54,137 nt of DNA from Nostoc sp. DedSLP01 (lineage in GTDB: Bacteria > Cyanobacteriota > Cyanobacteriia > Cyanobacteriales > Nostocaceae), in assembly GCA_034530875.2 (NCBI GenBank), contig JAVRCJ020000036.1:13793-67929 (forward strand), written 5' to 3'. The notes beneath the pieces were generated by a model that worked only from the letters and a program-made list of their open reading frames with translations, did not search any database and was not told where the DNA came from. The position numbers and the translations under genes were made by a program. Shown piece after piece: positions 18,507-26,865 of this stretch (positions are counted from its first letter, which is position 1; the number at the start of each line of letters is the position of its first letter).

Positions 18507-19076
18507 ATGTTTTTCATCAAGAAAGAGCTAAAACTTAATAACAAAGAACGCTCCTTGATGTTCGGCATGGCTGGATTTAAGCGATTCTTTTACAACTATG
18601 GATTGGACTTAATCATAGCAAGTTGGGGTTTCAATCACATCCAAGCTGGAGATGTTAAACGAATAGATGCAATCAAAAAGGTTTATAAGTAAGTGCATTA
18701 TGGAACTAAAGTTGAAATAATTAATAGGTGGTTTCCTTCTTATAAAACCTGTCCAAATGCAGTCGTATTCAAGCGATGAATCTATCAGGTAAAATATTCT
18801 TTTGTCAAAAGTGCGATCGCACTTTTGACTGCGACAAAAATGCTGCAATTAATTTGAAGAATGCACCGTCTAAAGCAGTAAGTCAGGCTCTGGCTTAACT
18901 TAACGCCTGTGGACAAGAAGTAGCCGTCTACCTTGGTCGTTCGGTCTTAGCGTTCCCGTACCCCTGCTCTTAAGCAAGGCTGGGCGTAGCGTCTCCGTCA
19001 GGAGAAGGATAGCAGAAAGAAAACGCTAACTTAATTAAACTAGTTTGGTTAGGTTTAGGTAAGTTTTTTGGAGCAG
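18507..19076 (+). mobile_element. tnpB: Internally deleted TnpB (IS607/IS605-type) element remnant
   Basis: N-term KKELKLNNKERSLM..AGFKRFFYNYGL is joined at ~18690 to C-term HYGTKVEIINRWFPS.KTC...FCQKCDRTFDCDKNAAINL; right end ...GTAAGTTTTTTGGAGCAG. Confidence 0.8.
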
Positions 19077-19181
19077 CAGATGCTGTCACTAGAAAAGCTG
19101 AGAATTGCAGTTGCAGGTGTATCAATCACCTATCCCCTTCAGAGCGTCATCCCTCCTGCTAAAAGAACGACACAGCAGGCA

Positions 19182-21458
19182 ATGCCCTCTCAAGAAACTA
19201 TGCAGCAAATACCTCCGAGTGATTCTTTTCCTAACGCTCCCACATTTGATGGGGTAGATGACAAGTTAGACATGCCTTACACGCCCGAACTCAACCCTGC
19301 CAGTTTTACTGTCGAGATGTGGGTTATGGTTCAGGGTGGTTCCGGCTACCAGTCTATTCTGGCCTCAGTCGGAGGCTCACCGCTAGCAGGACGCAAGGGA
19401 TATCTTTTTTGCATCACACCTGCACGGCAATGGCAATTTTGGTTAGGCAATGGCGAACCAAAAGCATTCTGGCAGGTACTAGGTGGGACACAGGCAAAAA
19501 TAGGTGTTTGGACACATCTGGCAGGAACTTACGATCGCAACTCACAAACGATGGCTTTTTTCATCAACGGAGCAGAAGTGGGGCGAGAAATGGGCGTGCA
19601 ATACCAGCCCAACGATCGCAATCCTACCCGTGTCGGCGCAGGTGCTACAGAACAGTGGGGAGCAAGTCCTTGTTTTTTTCGTGGCAAGATTGCTGAAGTT
19701 CATGTTTGGGATCGAGTCCTAGCTGCTAAAGAGATTCAGGCACTTGCAGCCCAGCAGTCAATAGAAGTTCAAGCAGAACCTATTCAGGAAAACGGGGGGC
19801 AATGGGGGCAAGAGGGACAAAGTGTTGACCAGACTGAACAAACTACAGGTAATTTCTCTGGTCAAAAGGGACAAAACACAAATCCTTCCCCTCCACCACA
19901 ACCAAGTGTTGAAAAACCTTTAACTCAAGCGCCAGTAAAGGAAACACCTCTGATATCCAAGCAACCTGAGACAAACACTGCTGCTATCCCCGACCCCCAA
20001 ACCGTTCTTTGGCAAATTGGATCTCCAGGTCAAGCCGGAACGCCAGCCCCTGTAGGTGGATGGACAATTGAATATAACTACATAGTAGGCACAGATCCCG
20101 ATCCCCTCAATCGTCCTACCATTCCCTCTTGCTTAGTGCCTTATAATGCCAACAAAATTCCTAATTCAACCAGTCAACTAAATATTCACTTTGGTCTCCT
20201 AGAAGATTATACTGATGGACAATTAGTCTTCTCTTACGATCGCTACGGCTCTGGAGAAGACAATATATTTCTAGACGGACAACTCATTGCTAAAACGCCC
20301 GGTGCAGACAAGGGCAAACTTAAGCAGAGTCAAATCCCGTTAGGAAGTATTCGCCAAGGGCCGCATACGATTTCGATCGCAACAGCAAACGGTGCGGATG
20401 CCGCACACCTAATCGATTATCTGCAACTCCAAATCCATAAGCCTATGCTTTCCAACCTCACATCCCAACTTGGGGGACTGACTGGTGCTTCGTCAAAATC
20501 CAAAGGCAACCTATCAAATCCCCAGCAATCATCTGCTCAATCGGCACAAGCCACAGGACTCTTAGGTGGAGTATTAGATCCAGTAACAAGTGTCGCAGGA
20601 GGAGGTAGCAATGAGGGACTAGTTGGACAAGCCACAGGACTCTTAGGCGGAGTAGCTGGTCAACTTCCCGTAGCTGGGGAATTAGTCGGTAGTTTAACTA
20701 ATGAAAATTCAGGAGGCCCAGGAGTGTTAGGAGGATTACTCAATCAAGTCGGCGGATTAGCTGGAGGTCTACCTGTAGCTGGCGGATTAGTCGGTGGTCT
20801 AACCGGTCAAGGTGGTGGTGGCGGTGGATTAGCTGACGGACTAGTAAATCAAGTTGGTGGACTAGCCAGTGGTCTACCTGTAGCTGGTGGACTAGTCGGT
20901 GGTCTAACCGGTCAAGGTGGCGGCGGTGGATTAGCTGACGGACTAGTAAATCAAGTTGGCGGACTAGCTGGAGGTCTACCTGGAGTCGGTGGTTTAACAA
21001 GTCAAGTCGCTGGACTAGCTGGAGGTCTACCTGGAGTCGGTGGAGTAGTTGGTGGTTTAACAGGTCAGGGTGGTGCTGGCCAAGGAGGTCATGCCGGTGC
21101 ATCGGCTGAAGTTGTGGTACAACTAGCTGGATTAGTACAGCAACTTACTGTATTAGTTTCACAGCTAACTCAGCTTATCACTCAACTAGGGATAGCCAAT
21201 CAAGCTCATGGCGGAGTAGGGGGCGCAGCACAAACGCCAGGAGCAGGGCAACTCCCCGGAGGGAGTGTATCTTTACCCGGACTTACAGCAGCTCAAGTAA
21301 CCCAACTATCTACAATGACTGGCCTCTCAGCACCCCAACTAGCTCAACTTTCAGCGTTAACAAATCTCCCACCAGCACAACTATTACAACTACCAGCAAT
21401 GACAGGTCTCTCACCAGCTCAGGTGTTAGCACAACTACAAGCCCAACAACGTCGGTAG
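19182..21458 (+). CDS. LamG-domain protein with Q/P linker, beta-sandwich domain and long Gly/Leu-rich amphipathic repeat tail
   Basis: FDGVDD...FTVEMWV...WTHLAGTYD...GKIAEVHVWDRVL; TVLWQIGSPG...YIVG (resembles CBM-like lyase domain III); GGLAGGLPVAGGLVGGLTGQ repeats. ATG 19182 chosen because TTG 19068 lies in the TnpB element end. Confidence 0.8.
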   Translation: MPSQETMQQIPPSDSFPNAPTFDGVDDKLDMPYTPELNPASFTVEMWVMVQGGSGYQSILASVGGSPLAGRKGYLFCITPARQWQFWLGNGEPKAFWQVLGGTQAKIGVWTHLAGTYDRNSQTMAFFINGAEVGREMGVQYQPNDRNPTRVGAGATEQWGASPCFFRGKIAEVHVWDRVLAAKEIQALAAQQSIEVQAEPIQENGGQWGQEGQSVDQTEQTTGNFSGQKGQNTNPSPPPQPSVEKPLTQAPVKETPLISKQPETNTAAIPDPQTVLWQIGSPGQAGTPAPVGGWTIEYNYIVGTDPDPLNRPTIPSCLVPYNANKIPNSTSQLNIHFGLLEDYTDGQLVFSYDRYGSGEDNIFLDGQLIAKTPGADKGKLKQSQIPLGSIRQGPHTISIATANGADAAHLIDYLQLQIHKPMLSNLTSQLGGLTGASSKSKGNLSNPQQSSAQSAQATGLLGGVLDPVTSVAGGGSNEGLVGQATGLLGGVAGQLPVAGELVGSLTNENSGGPGVLGGLLNQVGGLAGGLPVAGGLVGGLTGQGGGGGGLADGLVNQVGGLASGLPVAGGLVGGLTGQGGGGGLADGLVNQVGGLAGGLPGVGGLTSQVAGLAGGLPGVGGVVGGLTGQGGAGQGGHAGASAEVVVQLAGLVQQLTVLVSQLTQLITQLGIANQAHGGVGGAAQTPGAGQLPGGSVSLPGLTAAQVTQLSTMTGLSAPQLAQLSALTNLPPAQLLQLPAMTGLSPAQVLAQLQAQQRR
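20540..21080 (+). repeat. Coding Gly/Leu-rich repeats (~34-35-aa units and shorter)
   Basis: GGLVGGLTGQGGGGG(G)LADGLVNQVGGLA occurs twice nearly identically; GLAGGLPGVGG twice; QATGLLGGV twice. Confidence 0.85.
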
Positions 21459-21728
21459 GTGATATTGGGTGAATGGCACGCTTGTTATCGGCAAATCCAA
21501 TATTCATAAGGATGAGTGGGTGTGGGGTGTAGTGGCGTTCTTTGCTACGCAACGAGTAGCAAAGAAGTTTATTAATGTTCGCACTTGTTTTTAATTTTCT
21601 TGATTTTTTCCCTACACCCACAAGAGCCACCCCCAACAAATAGCCCTGACGCTTGTTTCACGTTTACAAGCGTGACATTCGTCTCCCAGCACAGTAACTT
21701 TTCTCAATCCGAATCGACAGTCAAAACT

Positions 21729-23393
21729 ATGCGGACTCCTAGAACATCTGGGTATAAGCCTCTGTCACCAGTCCCCCATCCTGCTCCTTCCACAGAACCT
21801 GCTGTTAAGCCGTCATTACAAGCCGTGGGTGGCTTAAGGGAAGTGCTGGCACAACTGCACGATTTGGTGGCTTTACCACTAAAGCGTCCAGACTTGTTAG
21901 CCAAATTAGGATTAGAACCAACACGGGGAGTGTTGTTAATCGGGCCGCCAGGAACAGGGAAAACTTTGACTGTGCGTGCCATAGCCGAAGAACTCGGTGT
22001 CAACTACATAGCTATTGCTGGCCCGGAGATTATTGGTAAATATTACGGTGAGGCAGAGTTACGACTACGGCAGATTTTCCAAAAAGCTACCCTGTCAGCT
22101 CCTTGCTTAATTTTTATTGATGAAATCGACAGCCTCGCACCAGAACGGAGTAAAGTCGAAGGGGAAGTAGAAAAGCGCGTTGTTGCCCAACTTCTCAGCC
22201 TGATGGATGGCTTTGCTCAACTAAATGGAGTAATAATTTTGGGAGCAACCAACTGTCCGGATCGCATCGATCCGGCGCTGCGTCGTCCTGGTCGATTCGA
22301 TCGCGAAGTGTATTTCCGCCCTCCCGATCGCCTCGGTCGCCTAGAAATTCTCAAGATTCATACTAGTACAATGCCCCTAGATGGGTCTGTAGATTTAGCA
22401 GCAGTTGCCGATTTAGCAATTGGATTTGTCGGTGCAGACTTGCGATCGCTCTGTCAAAAAGCAGCCTACAACGCCCTGCACCGCTTCAATCCCCCTCTAG
22501 ATTCGCCCATACCAGAAGGACTTAGTATCAATCAGCAAGATTTTCTCCAAGCTTTAAAAGAAGTTAAACCCTCTATTCTCCGTCCAGTCACAATTGAAAC
22601 CCCCAACATCACTTGGGAGGAGATTGGAGGCTTAGAGAGCGTCAAAACCATTTTGCAAGAAACTGTTGAAGGTGCGTTGCTGTATCCCGAACTGTACCGC
22701 CAGTTAAAAGCAATATCTCCCCGTGGGATTTTACTTTGGGGCCCGCCCGGAACCGGCAAAACCCTGTTGGCCAAAGCTGTTGCATCCCAAGCGAGAGCGA
22801 ACTTTATCGCCATTAATGGCCCAGAATTACATAGCAAATGGGTAGGGGCATCAGAACAAGCAGTCAGAGAATTATTCACCAGAGCAAGACAAGTATCACC
22901 ATGTATAATTTTTATTGATGAAATCGATGCCCTTGCCCCCATTAGAGGCAGTCACGAAGGAGACTTTGGAGTAAGCGATCGCTTAGTAGGTCAACTCCTC
23001 ACCGAAATTGATGGCATCCAAGCTTGTACTAACATATTAATCATCGCCGCCACAAACCGACCCAACATCATCGACCCAGCCTTATTAAGAGCAGGTCGCC
23101 TAGACTTGCAACTGAAAGTAGACTTACCCGATGTCACCAGCCGATTTGAAATCTTGCGCGTTCATAACTGCGATCGCCCTCTAGCCGCAGACATCAACCT
23201 AGCAGCCTGGGCCGTCCGTACAGAAGGCTGGAACGGCGCAGAACTAGCCCTCCTCAGTAATCAAGCCACCATGCAAGCCATCCGACGCTATCGCCTCCAA
23301 GGATTTACCCAGACCACTGACCTTTGTATATTTGCTATTGATTATGAAATTGCTTATCAATTTTTACTAACGGGAGGGGGAAGGGGAAAGTAA
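21729..23393 (+). CDS. Cdc48/VCP-like double AAA+ ATPase (copy 2)
   Basis: Colinear with copy 1 (LKRPDLLAKLGLEPTRGVLL, GPPGTGKT x2, RSKVEGEVEKR, GVSDR); ATG 21729 preferred. Confidence 0.9.
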   Translation: MRTPRTSGYKPLSPVPHPAPSTEPAVKPSLQAVGGLREVLAQLHDLVALPLKRPDLLAKLGLEPTRGVLLIGPPGTGKTLTVRAIAEELGVNYIAIAGPEIIGKYYGEAELRLRQIFQKATLSAPCLIFIDEIDSLAPERSKVEGEVEKRVVAQLLSLMDGFAQLNGVIILGATNCPDRIDPALRRPGRFDREVYFRPPDRLGRLEILKIHTSTMPLDGSVDLAAVADLAIGFVGADLRSLCQKAAYNALHRFNPPLDSPIPEGLSINQQDFLQALKEVKPSILRPVTIETPNITWEEIGGLESVKTILQETVEGALLYPELYRQLKAISPRGILLWGPPGTGKTLLAKAVASQARANFIAINGPELHSKWVGASEQAVRELFTRARQVSPCIIFIDEIDALAPIRGSHEGDFGVSDRLVGQLLTEIDGIQACTNILIIAATNRPNIIDPALLRAGRLDLQLKVDLPDVTSRFEILRVHNCDRPLAADINLAAWAVRTEGWNGAELALLSNQATMQAIRRYRLQGFTQTTDLCIFAIDYEIAYQFLLTGGGRGK

Positions 23394-23481
23394 TACCAAT
23401 TCAAAATTCAAAATGAATAAAGCTTTACACAACAAGGGTTTGGGAGCGTGTATTTAGAACATTCTTTTTGGAAATTCGTAT
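23391..23481. repeat. Short MITE-like insertion with TACCAATT...AATTCGTA ends
   Basis: taataccaattcaaaattcaaaat ... ggaaattcgtataa, imperfect inverted ends with CAAAATT heptamers inside. Confidence 0.45.
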
Positions 23482-23539
23482 AATTTTCTCTTCCTTTGCA
23501 CTTGTGCGTGAAATAAATATTTGTATAAAAATAGACTTC

Positions 23540-24178
23540 ATGTATGAATTTTTACAAATTTTCCGCTATCAATCACCTGTAACAGTCCTCGGTCCCTACA
23601 AACGAGCCGCTATCTGGGTACAAGGCTGCGACTTTGCCTGTCCAGGTTGTATAGTCCCCGAATCTTGGGACAAAGCAGGCAAACAAACAATTTCCCAAAC
23701 CGAACTAGCAGACTGGATTTTGTCACAACCAGATATTGAAGGAATCACCCTCTCCGGTGGAGAACCAATGCTGCAAGCACCTGCCCTAGTAAACTTAATT
23801 GATAGAGTACATCAATTCAAAAACTTAGGTGTAATGTGCTATACAGGCTACCGCTTAGAACATCTGCAACAACACGGAACAGATGCTCAAAAATCATTAC
23901 TCAATCGCATTGATTTACTAGTCGATGGAACTTATATAGAGTCTTTACATGGGGACTTACTCTGGCGGGGGTCTAGCAACCAAAGATTATTGATGTTAAC
24001 ACAACGATATCGACAGATTTTAATCCAAGAATTAGCACAAGGCGATCGCTCAACCGGAATAGAATTTGGTATAGATGTCACTGGTGCATTTTACTTTACA
24101 GGTATTCCCGCCCGCAAAGGCTTCCGAGATGAGTTTGCAGCCAAAATGCAAAGCCGAGGAATTATATTCTCTAACTAA
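23540..24178 (+). CDS. NrdG-like radical SAM (4Fe-4S single-cluster) protein
   Basis: LGPYKRAAIWVQGCDFACPGC (CxxxCxxC), GITLSGGEPMLQ, YTGY, DLLVDGTY, WRGSSNQR; ATG 23540. Confidence 0.9.
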   Translation: MYEFLQIFRYQSPVTVLGPYKRAAIWVQGCDFACPGCIVPESWDKAGKQTISQTELADWILSQPDIEGITLSGGEPMLQAPALVNLIDRVHQFKNLGVMCYTGYRLEHLQQHGTDAQKSLLNRIDLLVDGTYIESLHGDLLWRGSSNQRLLMLTQRYRQILIQELAQGDRSTGIEFGIDVTGAFYFTGIPARKGFRDEFAAKMQSRGIIFSN

Positions 24179-24193
24179 AAATTACGAATTATT

Positions 24194-25477
24194 ATGAGTG
24201 GCAGTCCTAAGTTTTCAGAAGCAGAAATTGCCGAGTGGAAGCAAAAAATTTTAGAAGCTGAACGTCACCGTCGCGCAGAAATAGAAGCACAAAGACGTAA
24301 GGAAGCCGAAGAACAGGAACGACAACGACAACTAGAAGAATCCCGTTACCAAACTCAAATTCGCGTACAAAGATTGCTGTCAGATCTAAATTGGCAGTGG
24401 GAAAATTTTTATGTTCAAGAAGCAGTAGCATTACAATCTCGCTATCAAAATCAGCTTGAAGCGATCGCTCAAGCAAATTCAGAAAGCAAACTACTAGTAA
24501 TTTCCGAAGAACTAATTAAAATTGAACAGGCAATGCAAGCCGCATTGCAGCGCAAACGCCGCGACGAAGCAGAAAAACAAAGACGAAAAGACATTGAGCA
24601 ACAACAGTTTGAACTCCAAGAACTAGAACGGCGAGTAGCTCAAATTCCCGAAACAGAATCTCTAAAATTTGATGCCGCAGGTCGGCAACAATTACAGCGC
24701 ATCTTACAAACTTTACGACAAACTATTTCTTCTGGAAACCCGATAGCAGTACGCCGACCTCTAATAGAAGCAACAGCTTTAGTTCAAAAACACTTACGCC
24801 AAATTGTCCAGGGTCAGTCAAACTCACGCCATTCAGAAGCACAAGCAAATCGACAACTCACAGAGATCAAAATTATTTTGACAGGTTTGAAAGCCGATCC
24901 AGTAGTTATGCAATGGCAAGCAGCAGCAGTAACAGAAATAGAAACTCAAATCAATACGGTGCAACAAGCTATTACTAACGGTCAAAGCCAACAAGTAATT
25001 TCCCAGTTAACAGAAATTAGGCAGCGGTCGCAAACAATTGTCGAAACCGCCAATGCAGCCCAACTCCAAGCAGACAAGCGAGATTATATTGCTGATAGTA
25101 TTTCTCAAACTTTACAAGAAATGGGTTTCAGCATCACCTTTCATCAACCAGAGCATCCAGAACATCCCGCTACATCTATTATTTTAGGAGCCACGACTAA
25201 CACAGGTAAAGGAGTTAGCGTTAGTATTCCGATCGCCGGACAAGTGTTTTATGACGTAGATGGCTATGTCAAACACAGCATTACTACTGTAGATGGAAAT
25301 ACCTCCGCAGTCTGCGATGAAGCAGAACAAATGCTAACTGAGATGCACGATGTTTTAGAAGATAAATTTGGTGTCAAGATGGGTGAAGTATTATGGCAAG
25401 GTAAAGACCCCAAGCGCGTCCTTCGCAAAGCCGAGAATTTGCCAACTCAGAAGCGATCGCGTAGTCGTAGTATTTAG
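24194..25477 (+). CDS. Coiled-coil protein with a small alpha/beta C-terminal domain (DUF1257/DUF2997-like by eye)
   Basis: E/Q/R-rich helices; C-term ISQTLQEMGFSI...VSVSIPIAGQVFYDVDG...CDEAEQML; starts 15 bp after the rSAM gene. Confidence 0.75.
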   Translation: MSGSPKFSEAEIAEWKQKILEAERHRRAEIEAQRRKEAEEQERQRQLEESRYQTQIRVQRLLSDLNWQWENFYVQEAVALQSRYQNQLEAIAQANSESKLLVISEELIKIEQAMQAALQRKRRDEAEKQRRKDIEQQQFELQELERRVAQIPETESLKFDAAGRQQLQRILQTLRQTISSGNPIAVRRPLIEATALVQKHLRQIVQGQSNSRHSEAQANRQLTEIKIILTGLKADPVVMQWQAAAVTEIETQINTVQQAITNGQSQQVISQLTEIRQRSQTIVETANAAQLQADKRDYIADSISQTLQEMGFSITFHQPEHPEHPATSIILGATTNTGKGVSVSIPIAGQVFYDVDGYVKHSITTVDGNTSAVCDEAEQMLTEMHDVLEDKFGVKMGEVLWQGKDPKRVLRKAENLPTQKRSRSRSI

Positions 25478-25486
25478 CGGGACTTA

Positions 25487-25705
25487 GAGGATGTTTGAAA
25501 AGTTATCGAGGGTAAGATTTTATGCCAATCGCCTTATCATAATACGAATCATGGCGATGTATACAAATGTCTCTGCGGTTTGCTGGTAGTAGCTCGTAGT
25601 CTTTGTTCAACCTCTGGCATCAAGTTAGCCAGCCTAACTTCGCTCAACAACCCAACGTTTTGGTAACAATACAAACTCTCTACGTTCTTTTGGTCGTATA
25701 GGATT
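25487..25705 (-). mobile_element. IS5 (IS1031-group) transposase 3' remnant with terminal IR
   Basis: IR GAGGATGTTTGAAAAGT preceded by TTA; minus strand reads [39 protein letters not shown] with frameshifts. Confidence 0.85.
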
Positions 25706-25756
25706 GGGAATGGGAACGAGTTCTGAAGTATGCCACTAATCAATAGCTTTTGCTAC

Positions 25757-26358
25757 TTATTCCTGCATCGGATACCGCCGCATCATTTCCTGCAACCCTA
25801 CTGGTTCGCCATCCGAGGTATACACAGTTTCCCCCAACATCGCAATCACAATCCACTGCTTCCTCGCCCACTCAAACCAAGCAATCGTACTCCTATTAGC
25901 CTGCTGTAACTCCGGCTTCCTCCCCTCCTTACAAGCCGCAACAAACACAGCCTCCGGTGACTTGATTCCTTTCCAAGTCCGTATCGCCTCCTTCAAGTAA
26001 GCGATCGCCCCGGCACATTCTCCCAGTACCGCCGAACTGTACGTTGAATCTCTGCATTGAGCCGAAACTGTGGAGTACAGGGTATTTCTCGTAACTTTTG
26101 CAACACCTCCTGAACCTCTTGGTTACTGGGCTTTATTGATTTTTCTTGTCGCTCAAAAGCGCAATCATCATCACCAAAGTCTTCGTCACAAAAATTTGAC
26201 GCGGCAGGCGCGGCCCAAGAACGATCCTCATGAGTATTTGTCTCGGTAGTCGAATCAAGGGGTTCTATTCTTTCAACGAAGTGAGTATTTTCGGGTAACT
26301 CTGGTTCTGCGGTTTGACAAACCCCTTCCTGGTTGCAGTCCAAAATTTCGGTTTCCAC
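25757..26358 (-). pseudogene. Frameshifted C-terminal part of a plasmid/phage-type hypothetical protein
   Basis: The two ORFs join as YWENVPG-AIAYLKEAIRTW if one G is restored in GGGG next to the HIP1 site at ~26000-26012. Confidence 0.7.
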
Positions 26359-26762
26359 TGTAGTTCCTGAATTTGTTGTTGTAGCTGAGGGATTAGCTTG
26401 ACAGATTCTTTAGCAATGGTTTCGCATTGCAGAAAATATTTGCGGATCAGTCTACCTTGTTCGCTCTTTGAGAGCATTCCCATTTCTTTGAAGCATTCGG
26501 TTGTCAAATAAATTTTTTCGACTGGTCTACCCACTTTTGAATTTTCCTCACAAGTGATGAAAACTTGGTATGGTAAAGCTTCTAGCGATTCATCTTGGAG
26601 TTGTAGGAAATAATCGAAGTTTCGTTCAAAGTATGCACTCAACATCCTCTTAGCATTACTCTTGGTGCTATATCCCAACACTGACCAAGCTCAATCAAAA
26701 TCTATAATCTGGTTACTGTTATGCAACTGTTGAGCGATTTCGAGCGTAAATTCTGATGCCAT
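26265..26762 (-). pseudogene. AntA/antirepressor-like DNA-binding protein with premature stop
   Basis: ATG 26762 gives MASEFTLEIAQQL..IDFD*AWSVLGYSTKSNAKRML...GRPVEKIYLTTECFK..G...RKYF..CE; in-frame TGA at 26691-26693. Confidence 0.7.
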
Positions 26763-26865
26763 AAAATTATTCGTGGTAAAGGTTAATATTTGGCGCATGA
26801 AAATATCGGCAGCAGTTGAGCTATGCTGCATTCAGTTCTTTTAAAGATGTGAGTGCGAGTTCTAT

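Noticed and set aside
19068..19181. TTG start of the 796-aa ORF
   Set aside because: Begins inside the TnpB element right end; ATG 19182 is more plausible.
16255..22942. Antisense and overlapping short ORFs within the AAA and Gly-rich genes (likewise in the RTX, WD40 and argZ genes)
   Set aside because: Shadow frames of well-supported genes with no motifs of their own.
23540..24178. nrdG of an anaerobic ribonucleotide reductase
   Set aside because: No nrdD in the window, so the gene symbol was withheld.
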